A DNA stretch of 64,000 nucleotides from Cyclobacteriaceae bacterium. Its GTDB lineage: Bacteria > Bacteroidota > Bacteroidia > Cytophagales > Cyclobacteriaceae. The stretch is taken from assembly GCA_026003355.1 (NCBI GenBank), contig BPHC01000003.1, positions 39,093 through 103,092 of the forward strand, given 5' to 3'. The translations under genes and the position numbers were made by a program. The notes under the pieces are model-generated. The model was not told the origin of the DNA and did not search any database. It saw only the letters and a program-made list of their open reading frames with translations. This document shows positions 1 to 10,684 of the stretch, one piece after another (position 1 is the stretch's first letter; each line of letters starts with the position of its first letter).

Positions 1-1
1 A

Positions 2-304
2 AAAACCGAGCACGATTTTGGCACCATTAAGGAAGGAGAAAAGGTGAGCTATACCTTTAAGTTTAAAAACACGGGCCAGGCGCCCCTCATCATCAGCAAA
101 GTGCAGCCTTCGTGCGGATGCACCGCCCCCGACTGGAGCAGGGAACCCATACCGGTGGGCGGAGAGGGCTTTGTTAAAGTGGAATTCGACAGCAACGGCA
201 AACCCAACATCCAGCAAAAATCGGTAAACGTAACAGCCAACACCTGGCCGCAGGTTACCACCCTGCGCTTTAAAGCCATGGTAACACCCAAAGACCAGAA
301 ATAA
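2..304 (+). CDS. DUF1573 domain-containing protein (5' end outside window)
   Basis: The frame is open from nt 2 (KTEHDFGTIKEGEKV..), so the start lies upstream of the window. FKFKNTGQAPLII..VQPSCGCTAP..W is the typical DUF1573 signature of Bacteroidota. Stop codon at 302-304. Confidence 0.75.
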   Translation, partial: KTEHDFGTIKEGEKVSYTFKFKNTGQAPLIISKVQPSCGCTAPDWSREPIPVGGEGFVKVEFDSNGKPNIQQKSVNVTANTWPQVTTLRFKAMVTPKDQK

Positions 305-325
305 CACCCGAGTCAAGACACGAAC

Positions 326-365
326 GCATCCCATATCCGGCGCGGATTTGGGATGCCGTTTTTAT
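326..365 (+). terminator. Rho-independent terminator candidate
   Basis: Hairpin gcatccca (326-333) / tgggatgc (349-356) followed by cgTTTTTa, about 20 nt after the stop codon. Confidence 0.55.
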
Positions 366-397
366 AGCCTAATTTTGCCGGGCAAAAACCAACATCT

Positions 398-709
398 ATG
401 ACAGCACAAATTCTTTTACAGGCATCGGCCCAGGGCAGTGCCACCAGCTTTTACGTAATGATGGGGCTGATGATTCTGATTTTCTATTTCTTTATGATCA
501 GACCCCAGCAGAAAAAGGCAAAGGATCAGAAAAAATTCATCGATGAAATACAAAAAGGCGATTACGTAGTTACCATTGGCGGGGTACATGGCCGCGTTGC
601 CGAGCTGGAGGGCGATACCGTGGTGCTGGAAGTGGAAAAAGGAGGGCGCATTCGCTTTAACAAAAGTGCCATATCAATGGAAAACACGCGTGCCGCACGC
701 AAAAATTAA
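398..709 (+). CDS. yajC: Preprotein translocase subunit YajC
   Basis: 103 aa with one N-terminal TM helix. This is followed by IRPQQKK...GDYVVTIGGVHGRV...VVLEV, which is characteristic of YajC. Confidence 0.85.
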   Translation: MTAQILLQASAQGSATSFYVMMGLMILIFYFFMIRPQQKKAKDQKKFIDEIQKGDYVVTIGGVHGRVAELEGDTVVLEVEKGGRIRFNKSAISMENTRAARKN

Positions 710-715
710 CCCTTC

Positions 716-1658
716 ATGGGTTTTGTACACTCCATATTTCAGGCGCTGAAGTTTAACCGAAGAAACTGGAAAGCCGTAGCACTTAGTGTGGTTGCCGCTG
801 TTTTGTTCTGGATATTCAACGCCATGAACAAAACCCACACGGCCAACATAAACTTTCCGTTACACTTTGAATACGACCACGAAAAATTTGTGCCGGTAAA
901 TCCTCTGCCCGACCATATTCGGATGAATGTAACCGGCATAGGATGGGAACTGCTCAGAAAAAACTCCGGTCTTAAGGTGGCGCCCCTCATCATTACGCTG
1001 GAGCGGCCGGCCGAAGTAAAAAAAATCGTAGGCGCTTCACTAACCCCGTTGTTCTCCTCGCAAACAGAAAACCTTCAGATAAACTATGTGCTGGCCGACA
1101 CCCTGTACATCGACATTGACCGCCTTGTGCAACGGAAAATCAGGGTAAAGCTCGATTCCACTTACCGGTTTGTGGCCCCAGGCTACCTCCCCTCTGGTAA
1201 CGCCATCCTGCAGCCCGACACCATTGTGGTACAGGGCCCAGCCAAAATTGTTGCCAGCCTGCCCGACTTTATTGAACCGGAATTGCCTGAGCGCAACCTT
1301 CGGTCCTCTTTTTCCGATGAAGTGGGGCTGGTACCCCCGCATCCATCGCTTGCGTTCGTACCCTCGCAGGTAGCCGTAACGCTTCCGGTAGAACGGGCTC
1401 AGGCAGGCTACCCTGGAGCTTCCCATCATTCTGGAAAATCCTCCGGCCGGATTTACCCCCCATCTGGAAATTAAAAAAGTAAAATGCGTGGTAAGCATAC
1501 CGGTGTCATTCACCGATACCACTGCCCTACAGCGCATCAGGGCCGTAATAAACCTCAAAGGCTACCCGAGGGGCACTCATAAAATTTTGCCAACCCTGGT
1601 AAACATGCCTGCGTATATGCGGGTTGACCGAACCGATACCCTTACGGTTAAGTTTTAA
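716..1658 (+). pseudogene. YbbR-like domain protein, frameshifted (or sequencing indel)
   Basis: ORF 716-1474 ends in an odd tail. Another frame is open over 1392-1658 (..LRQATLELPIILENPPAGFTPHLEIKKVKCVVSIPV..TLTVKF*) and stops 4 nt before the coaE ATG. Removing one G from GGG 1395-1397 fuses both parts into a single ORF of about 313 codons. Identity rests on the N-terminal TM helix and the usual Bacteroidota order yajC / YbbR-like / coaE, not on an alignment. Confidence 0.55.
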
Positions 1659-1662
1659 TAAC

Positions 1663-2280
1663 ATGACGCCCCTGCAAATAGGCATAACCGGGGGCATAGG
1701 CTCCGGTAAAAGTACAGTGTGCCGCATTTTCAGCACACTGGGAATTCCCGTATACGATGCCGACAGCCGCGCGAAAGCCGTAATGACCTCAGATGTAATA
1801 CTCATCGAAAGCATTAAAAAGGAATTCGGAAGTTTGTCGTTCAGGGAAGACGGAACCCTGAACACACCCTTTCTGGCCGACACTGTTTTTGGAAACAACG
1901 AGCGCCTGGAAGTGCTCAATAAGTTGGTACATCCGGCTGTGGCGAGAGACTATGCCGAATGGCTGAAAACCAGGCATGGCTATCCCTATGTAATAAAAGA
2001 AGCAGCCCTGCTGTTTGAAGCCGGGTCGTATCGGCAGCTGGACGAAACAGGTGTGGTCATAGCCCCGGAGGCATTGCGTGTAAAACGGGTGCTGAAGCGC
2101 GACCCGCAACGCTCAGAGAAACAGGTAAGGGAAATCATGAAACGCCAGTTACCTGAAAACGAGGCCTTAAATCTGGCCGATTTTGTTATAGTAAACGATG
2201 ACAGTCAGCCGGTACTTCCGCAGGTGCTGGCGCTCCATACGCAGTGGCTGGAAAAGGGAAAAAGCAAAAGCAGCGTTTAA
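1663..2280 (+). CDS. coaE: Dephospho-CoA kinase
   Basis: ATG 1663 gives MTPLQIGITGGIGSGKST, placing the P-loop at the extreme N-terminus as in CoaE. The track's TTG 1624 start would overlap the upstream gene. Confidence 0.85.
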   Translation: MTPLQIGITGGIGSGKSTVCRIFSTLGIPVYDADSRAKAVMTSDVILIESIKKEFGSLSFREDGTLNTPFLADTVFGNNERLEVLNKLVHPAVARDYAEWLKTRHGYPYVIKEAALLFEAGSYRQLDETGVVIAPEALRVKRVLKRDPQRSEKQVREIMKRQLPENEALNLADFVIVNDDSQPVLPQVLALHTQWLEKGKSKSSV

Positions 2281-2286
2281 AAAGCC

Positions 2287-3363
2287 ATGAGAAAAACCAT
2301 TATAACCACGGGCGTAGTGGCCATTGTAATTTTTTTAATAGCCCTGCCCAAGCTCAATTTATTCGGCAGCCGCAACAGCAGCCCTCAGCCTGCAGGTAAT
2401 CCAGGAGCCCCACCACCCCTGCCGGTACAGGCCGTGATCATAACCCCTTCCAGGCTGGATAACCGCCTCATTTTTACGGGCTCCATTTTGCCCAACGAGT
2501 CGCTGGAACTTAAAGCAGAGGCATCGGGAAAAATTTCCAAAATCTATTTTGAAGAAGGAAGAAAAGTTAAGAAGGGACAGCTGCTTCTGGAAATCAACGA
2601 TGACGAACTGGTGGCACAGCTGGAAAAGCAAAAACACAACCGAAAACTCAACCAGGACATTGAATTCCGGCAACGCAAGCTGCTGGAAAAAGACGCCATA
2701 AGCCAGGAAGAATACGATAACGCCCTGAACCGGTTAAACACCACCATTGCCGATATAAAACTGCTGGAAGCCCAGCTGGCCAAAACCCGAATTTACGCCC
2801 CTTTTGATGGTACCATCGGCTTTCGGTTTGTAAGCGAGGGCGCCTATATAAGCCCCAGCACAACAGTAGCCACCCTTTACAACCTTAATCCGGCCAAAAT
2901 AGAATTTAACCTTCCCGGCCGCTACAGCACCCAGGTACGCGCCGGAAAGAAAGTGCGCTTTACCGTTGAAAACGACCCCCGCACTTTTGAAGGCGAAGTA
3001 TATGCCGTTGAACCGCAGATTGACGTAAACACCCGAACCCTTAAAGTGCGCGCACTGGCCAGCAACCCCGAAGGCCTGTTGCTACCCGGCCAGTTCGTAA
3101 GGGTTGAACTGATATTGGAAACCATCGAAAATGCCCTGCTGGTGCCCTCAGAAGCCCTCATACCCGACCTTCAGGGGCACAAGGTGTTTGTAAATCAGGG
3201 GGGCAAGGCTGCCGAGCAACGGGTGGAGATTGGCCTGCGCACCGACCGCCAGGTAGAGATACTTTCGGGACTTGAAGCAGGCGATACGGTTATTACCACC
3301 GGCATTTTGCAGTTGCGGCCGGGAGCCCCGGTCAGCGTTTCACTGGTTAACCCCCAAAACTAA
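2287..3363 (+). CDS. Efflux RND transporter periplasmic adaptor (MFP/HlyD_D23 type)
   Basis: Signal-anchor, coiled-coil segment (LVAQLEKQKHNRKLNQDIEFRQRKLLEKDAISQEEYDNALNRL) and RIYAPFDGTIG lipoyl/beta-barrel motifs. It sits directly upstream of an AcrB-like gene with a 1-nt TAATG stop/start overlap at 3361-3365. Confidence 0.85.
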   Translation: MRKTIITTGVVAIVIFLIALPKLNLFGSRNSSPQPAGNPGAPPPLPVQAVIITPSRLDNRLIFTGSILPNESLELKAEASGKISKIYFEEGRKVKKGQLLLEINDDELVAQLEKQKHNRKLNQDIEFRQRKLLEKDAISQEEYDNALNRLNTTIADIKLLEAQLAKTRIYAPFDGTIGFRFVSEGAYISPSTTVATLYNLNPAKIEFNLPGRYSTQVRAGKKVRFTVENDPRTFEGEVYAVEPQIDVNTRTLKVRALASNPEGLLLPGQFVRVELILETIENALLVPSEALIPDLQGHKVFVNQGGKAAEQRVEIGLRTDRQVEILSGLEAGDTVITTGILQLRPGAPVSVSLVNPQN

Positions 3364-6300
3364 TGGCAAGTCTTTCAGACATAAGCATTAATAGGCCGGT
3401 ACTGGCCACGGTATTCTCGCTGGTTATTGTGCTGTTTGGCATCATCGGGTTTACCTATCTGGGTGTTCGTGAATTTCCCAGTGTAGACCCTCCGGTCATT
3501 ACCGTAAGAACGAACTATGTGGGCGCCAATGCCGATATTATTGAATCGCAGATCACCGAACCGCTTGAAGAGGCCATCAACGGCATACCGGGTATTCGCA
3601 CCATTACTTCGCAAAGCCGCGAAGGACAAAGCAACATTTCGGTTGAGTTTGAGCTGGGCATAGACCTGGAAGCTGCCGCCAACGATGTGCGAAACAAGGT
3701 GTCGGGGGCAATGAACCGCCTGCCGCCCGATGTCGATCCACCTGTGGTTGAAAAAGCCGATGCCGACTCCAGCCCCATCATGTTCTTTACCGTGATGAGC
3801 GAAAAGCGCGACCCGCTTGAGCTCTCGCGAATTGTTGAGAACGTCTTTAAGGAGCGCTTACAAACCATTCCTGGCATAAGCTCGGTACAAATATGGGGGC
3901 AAAAGCGCTACTCCATGCGGTTGTGGATGGACCCCATTAAGCTGGCCTCGCTAAAACTTTCACCCTCTGATGTGCTGCAGGCGGTAAACCGCGAAAATGT
4001 AGAGTTGCCTTCCGGTCGCGTTGAAGGCCAGACCACCGAACTTACGGTGCGCACCAAAGGGCGGCTCACTACCGTAGAAGACTTTAACAACCTGATCATT
4101 AAAGAAACCGGCGATCAGGTAGTGCGCTTCAGCGATGTGGGCTATGCCCAGCTCTATCCTGAAAACGACCGCACCTCGCTGCGCAGAGACGGCCTTCCCG
4201 GAGTGGCCCTGGCCATCATTGCACAGCCGGGTGCCAACAATATTGATATTGCCCAACGCGTGTATCAGCGTCTGGAACAAATAAAGCGCGATCTTCCTCC
4301 TGATGTAGTGTACACCATGAGTTATGATTCAACCCGGTATATCTTACAATCCATATCCGAGGTTCGCGAAACCATTTTTATTGCCTTTATCCTGGTGCTG
4401 GCCATTATATTTATTTTCCTTCGCGATTGGCGCACCACGCTTATTCCGGTGGTAACCATCCCCATCTCACTTATTGGCACGTTCTTTATCATGTACGTGC
4501 TGGGTTTCACCATTAATGTGCTTACGTTGCTGGGTATTGTGCTGGCCATAGGCCTGGTGGTTGACGATGCCATTGTGGTGCTGGAAAACATTTACACCAA
4601 AGTTGAAGAAGGCGAAAACCCCCATGACGCCGCCAAACGCGGTGCTACCGAAATTTATTTTGCCGTAATTTCAACTACCATTGCGCTGGTGGCGGTATTT
4701 CTGCCGGTTATTTTCCTGCAGGGCCTAACCGGTCGTTTGTTCCGTGAATTCGGCATGGTGGTGGCCAGCGCTGTTGTAATTTCTTCTTTTGTATCGCTTA
4801 CACTCACGCCTATGATGTGCTCACGCCTGTTAAAGCGCAGGGCACAGCAGCCGTGGCTGTACCGCGTTACCGAACCCTTTTTTAACCGCCTTACCAGCGG
4901 TTACAGCAGCTGGCTCCATGCTTTTATGAAATACAGGTGGCTGGCATTTCTAATTGTTGCCCTGGCTGCTGCCGTTATCTACTTTGTAGGGTCAGGAATG
5001 CCCACCGAACTGGCCCCTATGGAAGACCGCAGTGAGTTCAGGGTGCAGTTGCAGGCACCGGAAGGCGCTACATTCGAATACATGGATAGTTATGTGCGCG
5101 AGCTTACAGCCTTTATTCAAAAAGAAGTGCCCGAACACAAAGGCCTGGTAAGTGTTACGGCTCCGGGTTTCGGAGGGTCGGGCGTTAATTCGGGCTTTGT
5201 GCGGGTAATTCTGAAAGACCGGCAGGAAAGAGAACGTTCACAACAGGATATAGTTGATGATCTTACCGGTAAGGTACGCCAATTCAGCGGTGTGCGCACA
5301 TTTATAACCCAGACCCAAACCATAGGCGACCGCAGAGGTGGTTTCCCCGTACAGTTTGTTATTCAGGCCTCCGAACTTGAAAAACTAAAAGACATACTTC
5401 CAGCCTTTATGGCCAGGGCCAGCGCTTCGCCAAAGTTTGCTTTTGTAGACCTTGACCTGAAATTCAACAAACCCGAAATCAATATCGAGATAAACCGCGA
5501 AAAGGCCCGGACACTCGGGGTGAACGTAATGGACATTGCCCAGACGCTCCAGCTGGGACTTAGCGGCTCACGATTCGGGTATTTTATTATGGACGGCAAA
5601 CAATATCAAATCATCGGACAGGTGGAGCGCGCCAACCGCAACGAGCCCCTTGATTTGCGCACGCTGTATGTAAAAAACAGAAGAGGCGAACTGGTACAAC
5701 TCGACAACCTGGTGAACACCTACGAAAGCTCAAACCCCCCGCAGCTTTACAGGTTTAACCGGTACTCGTCAGCCAAAGTCAGCGCCCAGCTGGCAAAAGG
5801 TGTGGCGCTTGGCGAAGGTATTGCCGAAATGGAACGCATTGCCCGCGAGGTGCTTGACGAGACCTATACTACCAGTCTGGATGGCGCTTCACGCCAGTTC
5901 ATGGAGAGTTCATCATCCATTTATCAGGCCTTTTTTATTGCGTTGGCCATCATTTATCTGGTGCTGGCCGGCCAGTTCGAAAGCTTCCGCGACCCTTTCA
6001 TAATTATGTTTACCGTGCCGCTGGCGCTGGCCGGAGCCGTATTTTCGCTGTGGTACTTTGATCAAACACTCAATATCTTCAGCCAAATTGGCATCATTAT
6101 GCTTATTGGTTTGGTAACCAAAAACGGTATTCTTATTGTAGAGTTTGCCAACCAGCGCAAGGAGCAGGGCATGGGCCTGCTGGAAGCGGTTATCGATGCG
6201 GCCGAGTCCAGATTCCGGCCCATTATTATGACCAGCCTCTCTACCATACTGGGTATTCTGCCCATAGCCCTGGCGCTTGGGGCCGGCTCTGAAAGCCGCG

Positions 6301-6422
6301 TTTCCATGGGTATAGCCGTAATAGGTGGTATGATGTTCGGCACACTGCTTACCCTTTTTGTCATACCGGCTATATACAGCTACTTCGGGAGCCGTTCGGT
6401 ACGTGTGGCCACAGATGCTTAA
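3363..6422 (+). CDS. Efflux RND transporter permease (AcrB/HAE1 family)
   Basis: 1019 aa with the 12-TM architecture and two large periplasmic loops. Typical N-terminus SINRPVLATVFSLVIVLFG and the VVDDAIVVLENI motif. Confidence 0.9.
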   Translation: MASLSDISINRPVLATVFSLVIVLFGIIGFTYLGVREFPSVDPPVITVRTNYVGANADIIESQITEPLEEAINGIPGIRTITSQSREGQSNISVEFELGIDLEAAANDVRNKVSGAMNRLPPDVDPPVVEKADADSSPIMFFTVMSEKRDPLELSRIVENVFKERLQTIPGISSVQIWGQKRYSMRLWMDPIKLASLKLSPSDVLQAVNRENVELPSGRVEGQTTELTVRTKGRLTTVEDFNNLIIKETGDQVVRFSDVGYAQLYPENDRTSLRRDGLPGVALAIIAQPGANNIDIAQRVYQRLEQIKRDLPPDVVYTMSYDSTRYILQSISEVRETIFIAFILVLAIIFIFLRDWRTTLIPVVTIPISLIGTFFIMYVLGFTINVLTLLGIVLAIGLVVDDAIVVLENIYTKVEEGENPHDAAKRGATEIYFAVISTTIALVAVFLPVIFLQGLTGRLFREFGMVVASAVVISSFVSLTLTPMMCSRLLKRRAQQPWLYRVTEPFFNRLTSGYSSWLHAFMKYRWLAFLIVALAAAVIYFVGSGMPTELAPMEDRSEFRVQLQAPEGATFEYMDSYVRELTAFIQKEVPEHKGLVSVTAPGFGGSGVNSGFVRVILKDRQERERSQQDIVDDLTGKVRQFSGVRTFITQTQTIGDRRGGFPVQFVIQASELEKLKDILPAFMARASASPKFAFVDLDLKFNKPEINIEINREKARTLGVNVMDIAQTLQLGLSGSRFGYFIMDGKQYQIIGQVERANRNEPLDLRTLYVKNRRGELVQLDNLVNTYESSNPPQLYRFNRYSSAKVSAQLAKGVALGEGIAEMERIAREVLDETYTTSLDGASRQFMESSSSIYQAFFIALAIIYLVLAGQFESFRDPFIIMFTVPLALAGAVFSLWYFDQTLNIFSQIGIIMLIGLVTKNGILIVEFANQRKEQGMGLLEAVIDAAESRFRPIIMTSLSTILGILPIALALGAGSESRVSMGIAVIGGMMFGTLLTLFVIPAIYSYFGSRSVRVATDA

Positions 6423-6432
6423 TCCGGAAAGA

Positions 6433-7854
6433 ATGATGAGAAAGTGTTTTGGTTTGTTTTTTTCTGTGCTTACCGGTATGGTGTTGGCACAGGAACCCCT
6501 TAGCCTTTCGCAGGCTATTGAGCGGGGCTTGCAAAACAACCTGGATGTACAGATACAACAGCTGGAAACAGATATCGCCAGCCGCAACAATGTGTGGGGT
6601 CAGGCAGGCGCACTGCCGGTGGTTAATTTCAGCACCAATCAAAACAATAATATTACCTACCGCCAGCCGGCAAACCCGTTTGCCGTTCCGGGACAAAATA
6701 TTTCCAATAACGTAAATGCCCAGTTAGATGTGCAATTTGTGCTGTTCAACGGTTTTTCCATAAGGCTTTCAAAACGCAGGCTGGAACAACTGGAACAATT
6801 AAGTTACGGAAATGCCACGCTGGCTATTGAGCGGGTAATTCAATCCATAATTCTGGGCTATTACACGGCCTTGCTGGAAAAGCAGCGCATGGATGTGCGC
6901 AAACGGGTAATGGATTTTTCGCGCGAGCGCCTCGACTATGTTCGGCTGCGCAAAGAACTGGGAGGCGCCATTACCTTCGATGTGCTGCAGGAGCAGAACA
7001 ACTATTTTACCGACTCAACCAACTACCTGCTGCAAAGGCAGGTTTACACCAATGCCCTGCGTAACCTTAACCTGCTGCTTAACGAACCCATTGAAAAAGA
7101 GTTTGTCCTTACCGATTCACTTACCTACCGGGATGAAAGCTATGCCCTGGAAGATTTGCGCAACAAAATGAACAGCACCAACACCAATTTACGCAACCAG
7201 TATATTAACCAGGAGTTGTTGCGCATCAACACGGGGCTGGCCATGTCTGCCCGCCTGCCCGCCCTTACACTGAACGTGGGAGCCAATGGCTCGCTCGACT
7301 GGCTTAATGCCAATTTCGGGGCACGGATTGGTCCGCCGCAGGTAATAGGCTATGTAAATGGCGACACCAACACGCCCGTTATCAGCAACCAGAACAGCAC
7401 GGTGCAGGTTCGGCAAACCAACGATGGGTACTCGTACGGGGCTTACGGCAATTTTGCCCTGCGCTATACCCTGTTTAACGGCGGGCAGTTTAACCGGAAC
7501 ATTGAAAATGCCCGCCTTCGCGAACAAATCGGCAAGCTGTCGATCGACCAGCTCAGGCTTTCGCTGGAAAACGAGCTGCTCATTACCTACGATGACTACA
7601 ACCTGCTGCGGCAGGTGGCCACAATTGCCCATGCAAAACTTCAGGCCGCCGAGCTGAATCTGCAATTGGCCAACGAACGGTACAAAAACGGAGCCTTGAG
7701 CGCCATTGACCTGCGCATCGTTCAGGAAAACTACCAGAATGCAGCCCTGGAAAACTATCAGGCCATTTATACGGTACTGGCCCGCAAAACCGATCTGATA
7801 CGTTTAACCGGCAGCCTGGTGGATGAGTACAACGCCCGCCCTGTAGAAAAATGA
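6433..7854 (+). CDS. TolC-family outer-membrane efflux protein
   Basis: ATG 6433 gives the signal peptide MMRKCFGLFFSVLTGMVLAQ, whereas the track start 6358 lies inside the RND gene. The sequence is TolC-like two-repeat helical, and this is the third gene of the MFP-RND-OMF operon. Confidence 0.8.
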   Translation: MMRKCFGLFFSVLTGMVLAQEPLSLSQAIERGLQNNLDVQIQQLETDIASRNNVWGQAGALPVVNFSTNQNNNITYRQPANPFAVPGQNISNNVNAQLDVQFVLFNGFSIRLSKRRLEQLEQLSYGNATLAIERVIQSIILGYYTALLEKQRMDVRKRVMDFSRERLDYVRLRKELGGAITFDVLQEQNNYFTDSTNYLLQRQVYTNALRNLNLLLNEPIEKEFVLTDSLTYRDESYALEDLRNKMNSTNTNLRNQYINQELLRINTGLAMSARLPALTLNVGANGSLDWLNANFGARIGPPQVIGYVNGDTNTPVISNQNSTVQVRQTNDGYSYGAYGNFALRYTLFNGGQFNRNIENARLREQIGKLSIDQLRLSLENELLITYDDYNLLRQVATIAHAKLQAAELNLQLANERYKNGALSAIDLRIVQENYQNAALENYQAIYTVLARKTDLIRLTGSLVDEYNARPVEK

Positions 7855-7868
7855 AAAATAAGGCACCC

Positions 7869-8624
7869 TTAAACAACGGCCTGCGCGGGCTCTATCCAGA
7901 AATTGTTATACCCTTCGCCCACCTGAATGTTCAGCTCGCCAAGGGCCAGCAGTTCCAGAATGGCCAGAAAGTTAAAAATAAGGGCAATACGTGAATTATA
8001 AGCCCGGATAATATCAGTAAAAGCCACCCGGCCATGGCGGGTAACTTCATTCATAATGTATTCTTTTTGTCCTTCTACAGTGTACGGAAACTGAATAATC
8101 TGATGAACCGGCTTGTTTTTTTCGGCTTCATACCGCTTCATCACCTTTTCAAACACCAGCATTAGTTTGTACAGGTCAATGTCCTGAAGTTCGGCTTCCA
8201 CATTGCTGCTGGCGGCCAGCGACTTGATTTCCTTCATCAGGTTGCCGCGCTTTTCTTTGGCCAGCTCGGCTTCTTCCATCTGCTGAAGCTGTTCCACCAC
8301 CGATTTGTACTTTTTATACTCCAGCAGGTGCTTTACCAGTTCTTCGCGGGGGTCTATTTCATTCCCTTCCTCATCAACCTGGGGGCGGGGCAGCAGCATT
8401 TTGGACTTGATGCGCATAAGGGTGGCGGCCACCAGAATAAATTCGCTGGCCACTTCAATGTTCAGGGTTTCGAGGTGGTGCAGGTAATTCAGGAAATCGC
8501 TGGTAATTTTGGCTATTGGAATATCGTAAATATCCAGCTCATCCCGCTCAATAAAAAACAACAGCAGGTCGAAAGGCCCCTCAAAAAGCGGGAGTTTAAT
8601 TTCGAATGTATTTTCCGTGCTCAT
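7869..8624 (-). CDS. scpA: Segregation and condensation protein A
   Basis: LPLFEGPFDLLLFFIERDELDIYDIPIAKITSDFLNYL is the classic ScpA N-terminal motif. The start is placed at MSTENTF (8624) rather than at the track start 8681. Confidence 0.85.
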   Translation of the reverse strand: MSTENTFEIKLPLFEGPFDLLLFFIERDELDIYDIPIAKITSDFLNYLHHLETLNIEVASEFILVAATLMRIKSKMLLPRPQVDEEGNEIDPREELVKHLLEYKKYKSVVEQLQQMEEAELAKEKRGNLMKEIKSLAASSNVEAELQDIDLYKLMLVFEKVMKRYEAEKNKPVHQIIQFPYTVEGQKEYIMNEVTRHGRVAFTDIIRAYNSRIALIFNFLAILELLALGELNIQVGEGYNNFWIEPAQAVV

Positions 8625-8755
8625 TAAAGCTGCAAAAATAGGCACTTTAACCCGAAATAGTGCCGCGATGGGAAAATTCATACTTTTGAAGTACGGAAAG
8701 ACAAAACACTTGCGTTGTAAGGGTTGTTTTAAACATTAAACAAAAATCTCAAACC

Positions 8756-10681
8756 ATGCTTATAACTCCGGGACCATTGCTGCAGCAAATCAACAGCCCG
8801 GTAGATTTGCGCAAACTCGAACCCGATAAGCTCCTTCAGGTTTGCGAAGAGCTGAGGCAGTTTATTATTGATAATGTTTCGGTTTACGGGGGGCACTTCG
8901 GTGCCAGCCTTGGAGTGGTAGAGCTTACGGTGGCCCTTCATTATGTGTTCAACACACCTTACGATTTGCTGGTGTGGGATGTGGGGCATCAGGCATACGG
9001 CCATAAAATACTTACGGGCCGCCGCGATGTGTTTCACACCAACCGGATTTACCGGGGTATTTCCGGCTTCCCCAAACGCTCGGAAAGCCCCTACGATACG
9101 TTTGGCGTAGGGCACTCTTCTACCTCTGTTTCGGCTGCACTGGGCATGGCTCAGGCCTCGCAATATCTGGGCATGCATAACCGGCAGCACGTGGCCGTTA
9201 TAGGCGATGGTGCCCTTACGGGTGGAATTGCCTTCGAAGGATTGAACAACGCCGGGGTGTCCGACACCAACCTTCTCATTATCCTGAACGACAACTGTAT
9301 GTCGATTGACCCCAACGTGGGGGCCCTGAAAGATTACCTTACCGACATTACCACTTCGCGTACCTACAATAAACTAAAAGACGAAGTGTGGAACCTGCTG
9401 GGCAAATTGTCAACTTTTGGAAAAAGCGCCCAGGAAATAGTAGCTAAAATTGAAAACGGCATCAAATCGGCTGTACTTAGCCAGAGCAACTTCTTTGAAT
9501 CGCTTAACCTGCGGTATTTCGGTCCGGTAGATGGTCACGATGTCCATCATCTGGTGAGCATCCTTCGGGACATGCGCGAAATCAAAGGACCCAAAATACT
9601 CCATTGTGTTACGGTAAAAGGAAAGGGCTACGGACCGGCCGAAAAGGGCAATGCCACCACCTGGCACGCACCCGGTACTTTCGATAAAATTACCGGCGAA
9701 ATTCACAAAAAGATTTACGACACTCCCCAGCCCCCCAAATACCAGGATGTGTTTGGGCACACCCTGGTGGAGCTGGCCCGGATGAACGACAAAATTGTTG
9801 GCGTAACACCGGCCATGCCCAGCGGCTCTTCCATGAATATTATGATGAAAGAGTTCCCCGACCGCGCCTTCGATGTGGGTATAGCCGAACAGCATGCCGT
9901 AACTTTTTCGGCCGGTATGGCCACCCAGGGCCTCATTCCTTTCTGCAATATTTACAGCACCTTTATGCAACGGGCCTACGACCAGGTAATTCATGACGTC
10001 TGCATTCAAAACCTGCCGGTAAACTTTTGCCTGGATCGTGCCGGCTTTGCCGGAGCCGATGGCCCCACCCACCACGGGGCATACGACCTGGCGTATTTCC
10101 GCTGCCTGCCCAACATAATTGTTTCGGCCCCCATGAATGAACAGGAACTGCGCAACCTGATGTACACCGCCTCCCTGCCCCGAACAGAGAAGGCCTTTTC
10201 CATTCGCTATCCCCGCGGACAGGGCGTTATGCCCAACTGGCGCACACCCTTTGAACAAATAGAAATAGGCACCGGCCGAACGCTTCGCGAAGGCAGGGAG
10301 TTGGCCATACTCTCCATTGGCCACATTGGCAACTATGCCGCAGCGGTTTGCCAGGAGCTCGAAAAAGAGGGTATTGACATTGGGCATTACGACATGCGCT
10401 TTGTAAAGCCCCTGGACGAAAACCTGCTGCATAAAATCTTTACACGCTATTCCAAAATTGTAACCGTAGAAGACGGTTGCATACAGGGAGGATTCGGCAG
10501 CGCCATACTGGAGTTCATGGCCGATAACGGGTACCATGCACAGGTGGTAAGGTTGGGCATTCCCGACCGCGTGGTAGAGCACGGAGAGCAGCATGAACTC
10601 CATGCCGAATGCGGCTTTGATCCCCAGGGCATTAAAAGAGCCGTAATGGCGCTTCTGCAAACAGCTCCGGTAAGAGTTTAA
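8756..10681 (+). CDS. dxs: 1-deoxy-D-xylulose-5-phosphate synthase
   Basis: 641 aa. It carries the TPP-binding GDGALTGG..NDN motif, GHSSTS, and a transketolase-like C-terminal half. Confidence 0.95.
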   Translation: MLITPGPLLQQINSPVDLRKLEPDKLLQVCEELRQFIIDNVSVYGGHFGASLGVVELTVALHYVFNTPYDLLVWDVGHQAYGHKILTGRRDVFHTNRIYRGISGFPKRSESPYDTFGVGHSSTSVSAALGMAQASQYLGMHNRQHVAVIGDGALTGGIAFEGLNNAGVSDTNLLIILNDNCMSIDPNVGALKDYLTDITTSRTYNKLKDEVWNLLGKLSTFGKSAQEIVAKIENGIKSAVLSQSNFFESLNLRYFGPVDGHDVHHLVSILRDMREIKGPKILHCVTVKGKGYGPAEKGNATTWHAPGTFDKITGEIHKKIYDTPQPPKYQDVFGHTLVELARMNDKIVGVTPAMPSGSSMNIMMKEFPDRAFDVGIAEQHAVTFSAGMATQGLIPFCNIYSTFMQRAYDQVIHDVCIQNLPVNFCLDRAGFAGADGPTHHGAYDLAYFRCLPNIIVSAPMNEQELRNLMYTASLPRTEKAFSIRYPRGQGVMPNWRTPFEQIEIGTGRTLREGRELAILSIGHIGNYAAAVCQELEKEGIDIGHYDMRFVKPLDENLLHKIFTRYSKIVTVEDGCIQGGFGSAILEFMADNGYHAQVVRLGIPDRVVEHGEQHELHAECGFDPQGIKRAVMALLQTAPVRV

Positions 10682-10684
10682 GTT

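Noticed and set aside
2287-7854. The RND efflux operon as something unusual.
   Set aside because: It is a standard MFP-RND-OMF tripartite arrangement with canonical motifs. No adjacent regulator is seen, but that is common.
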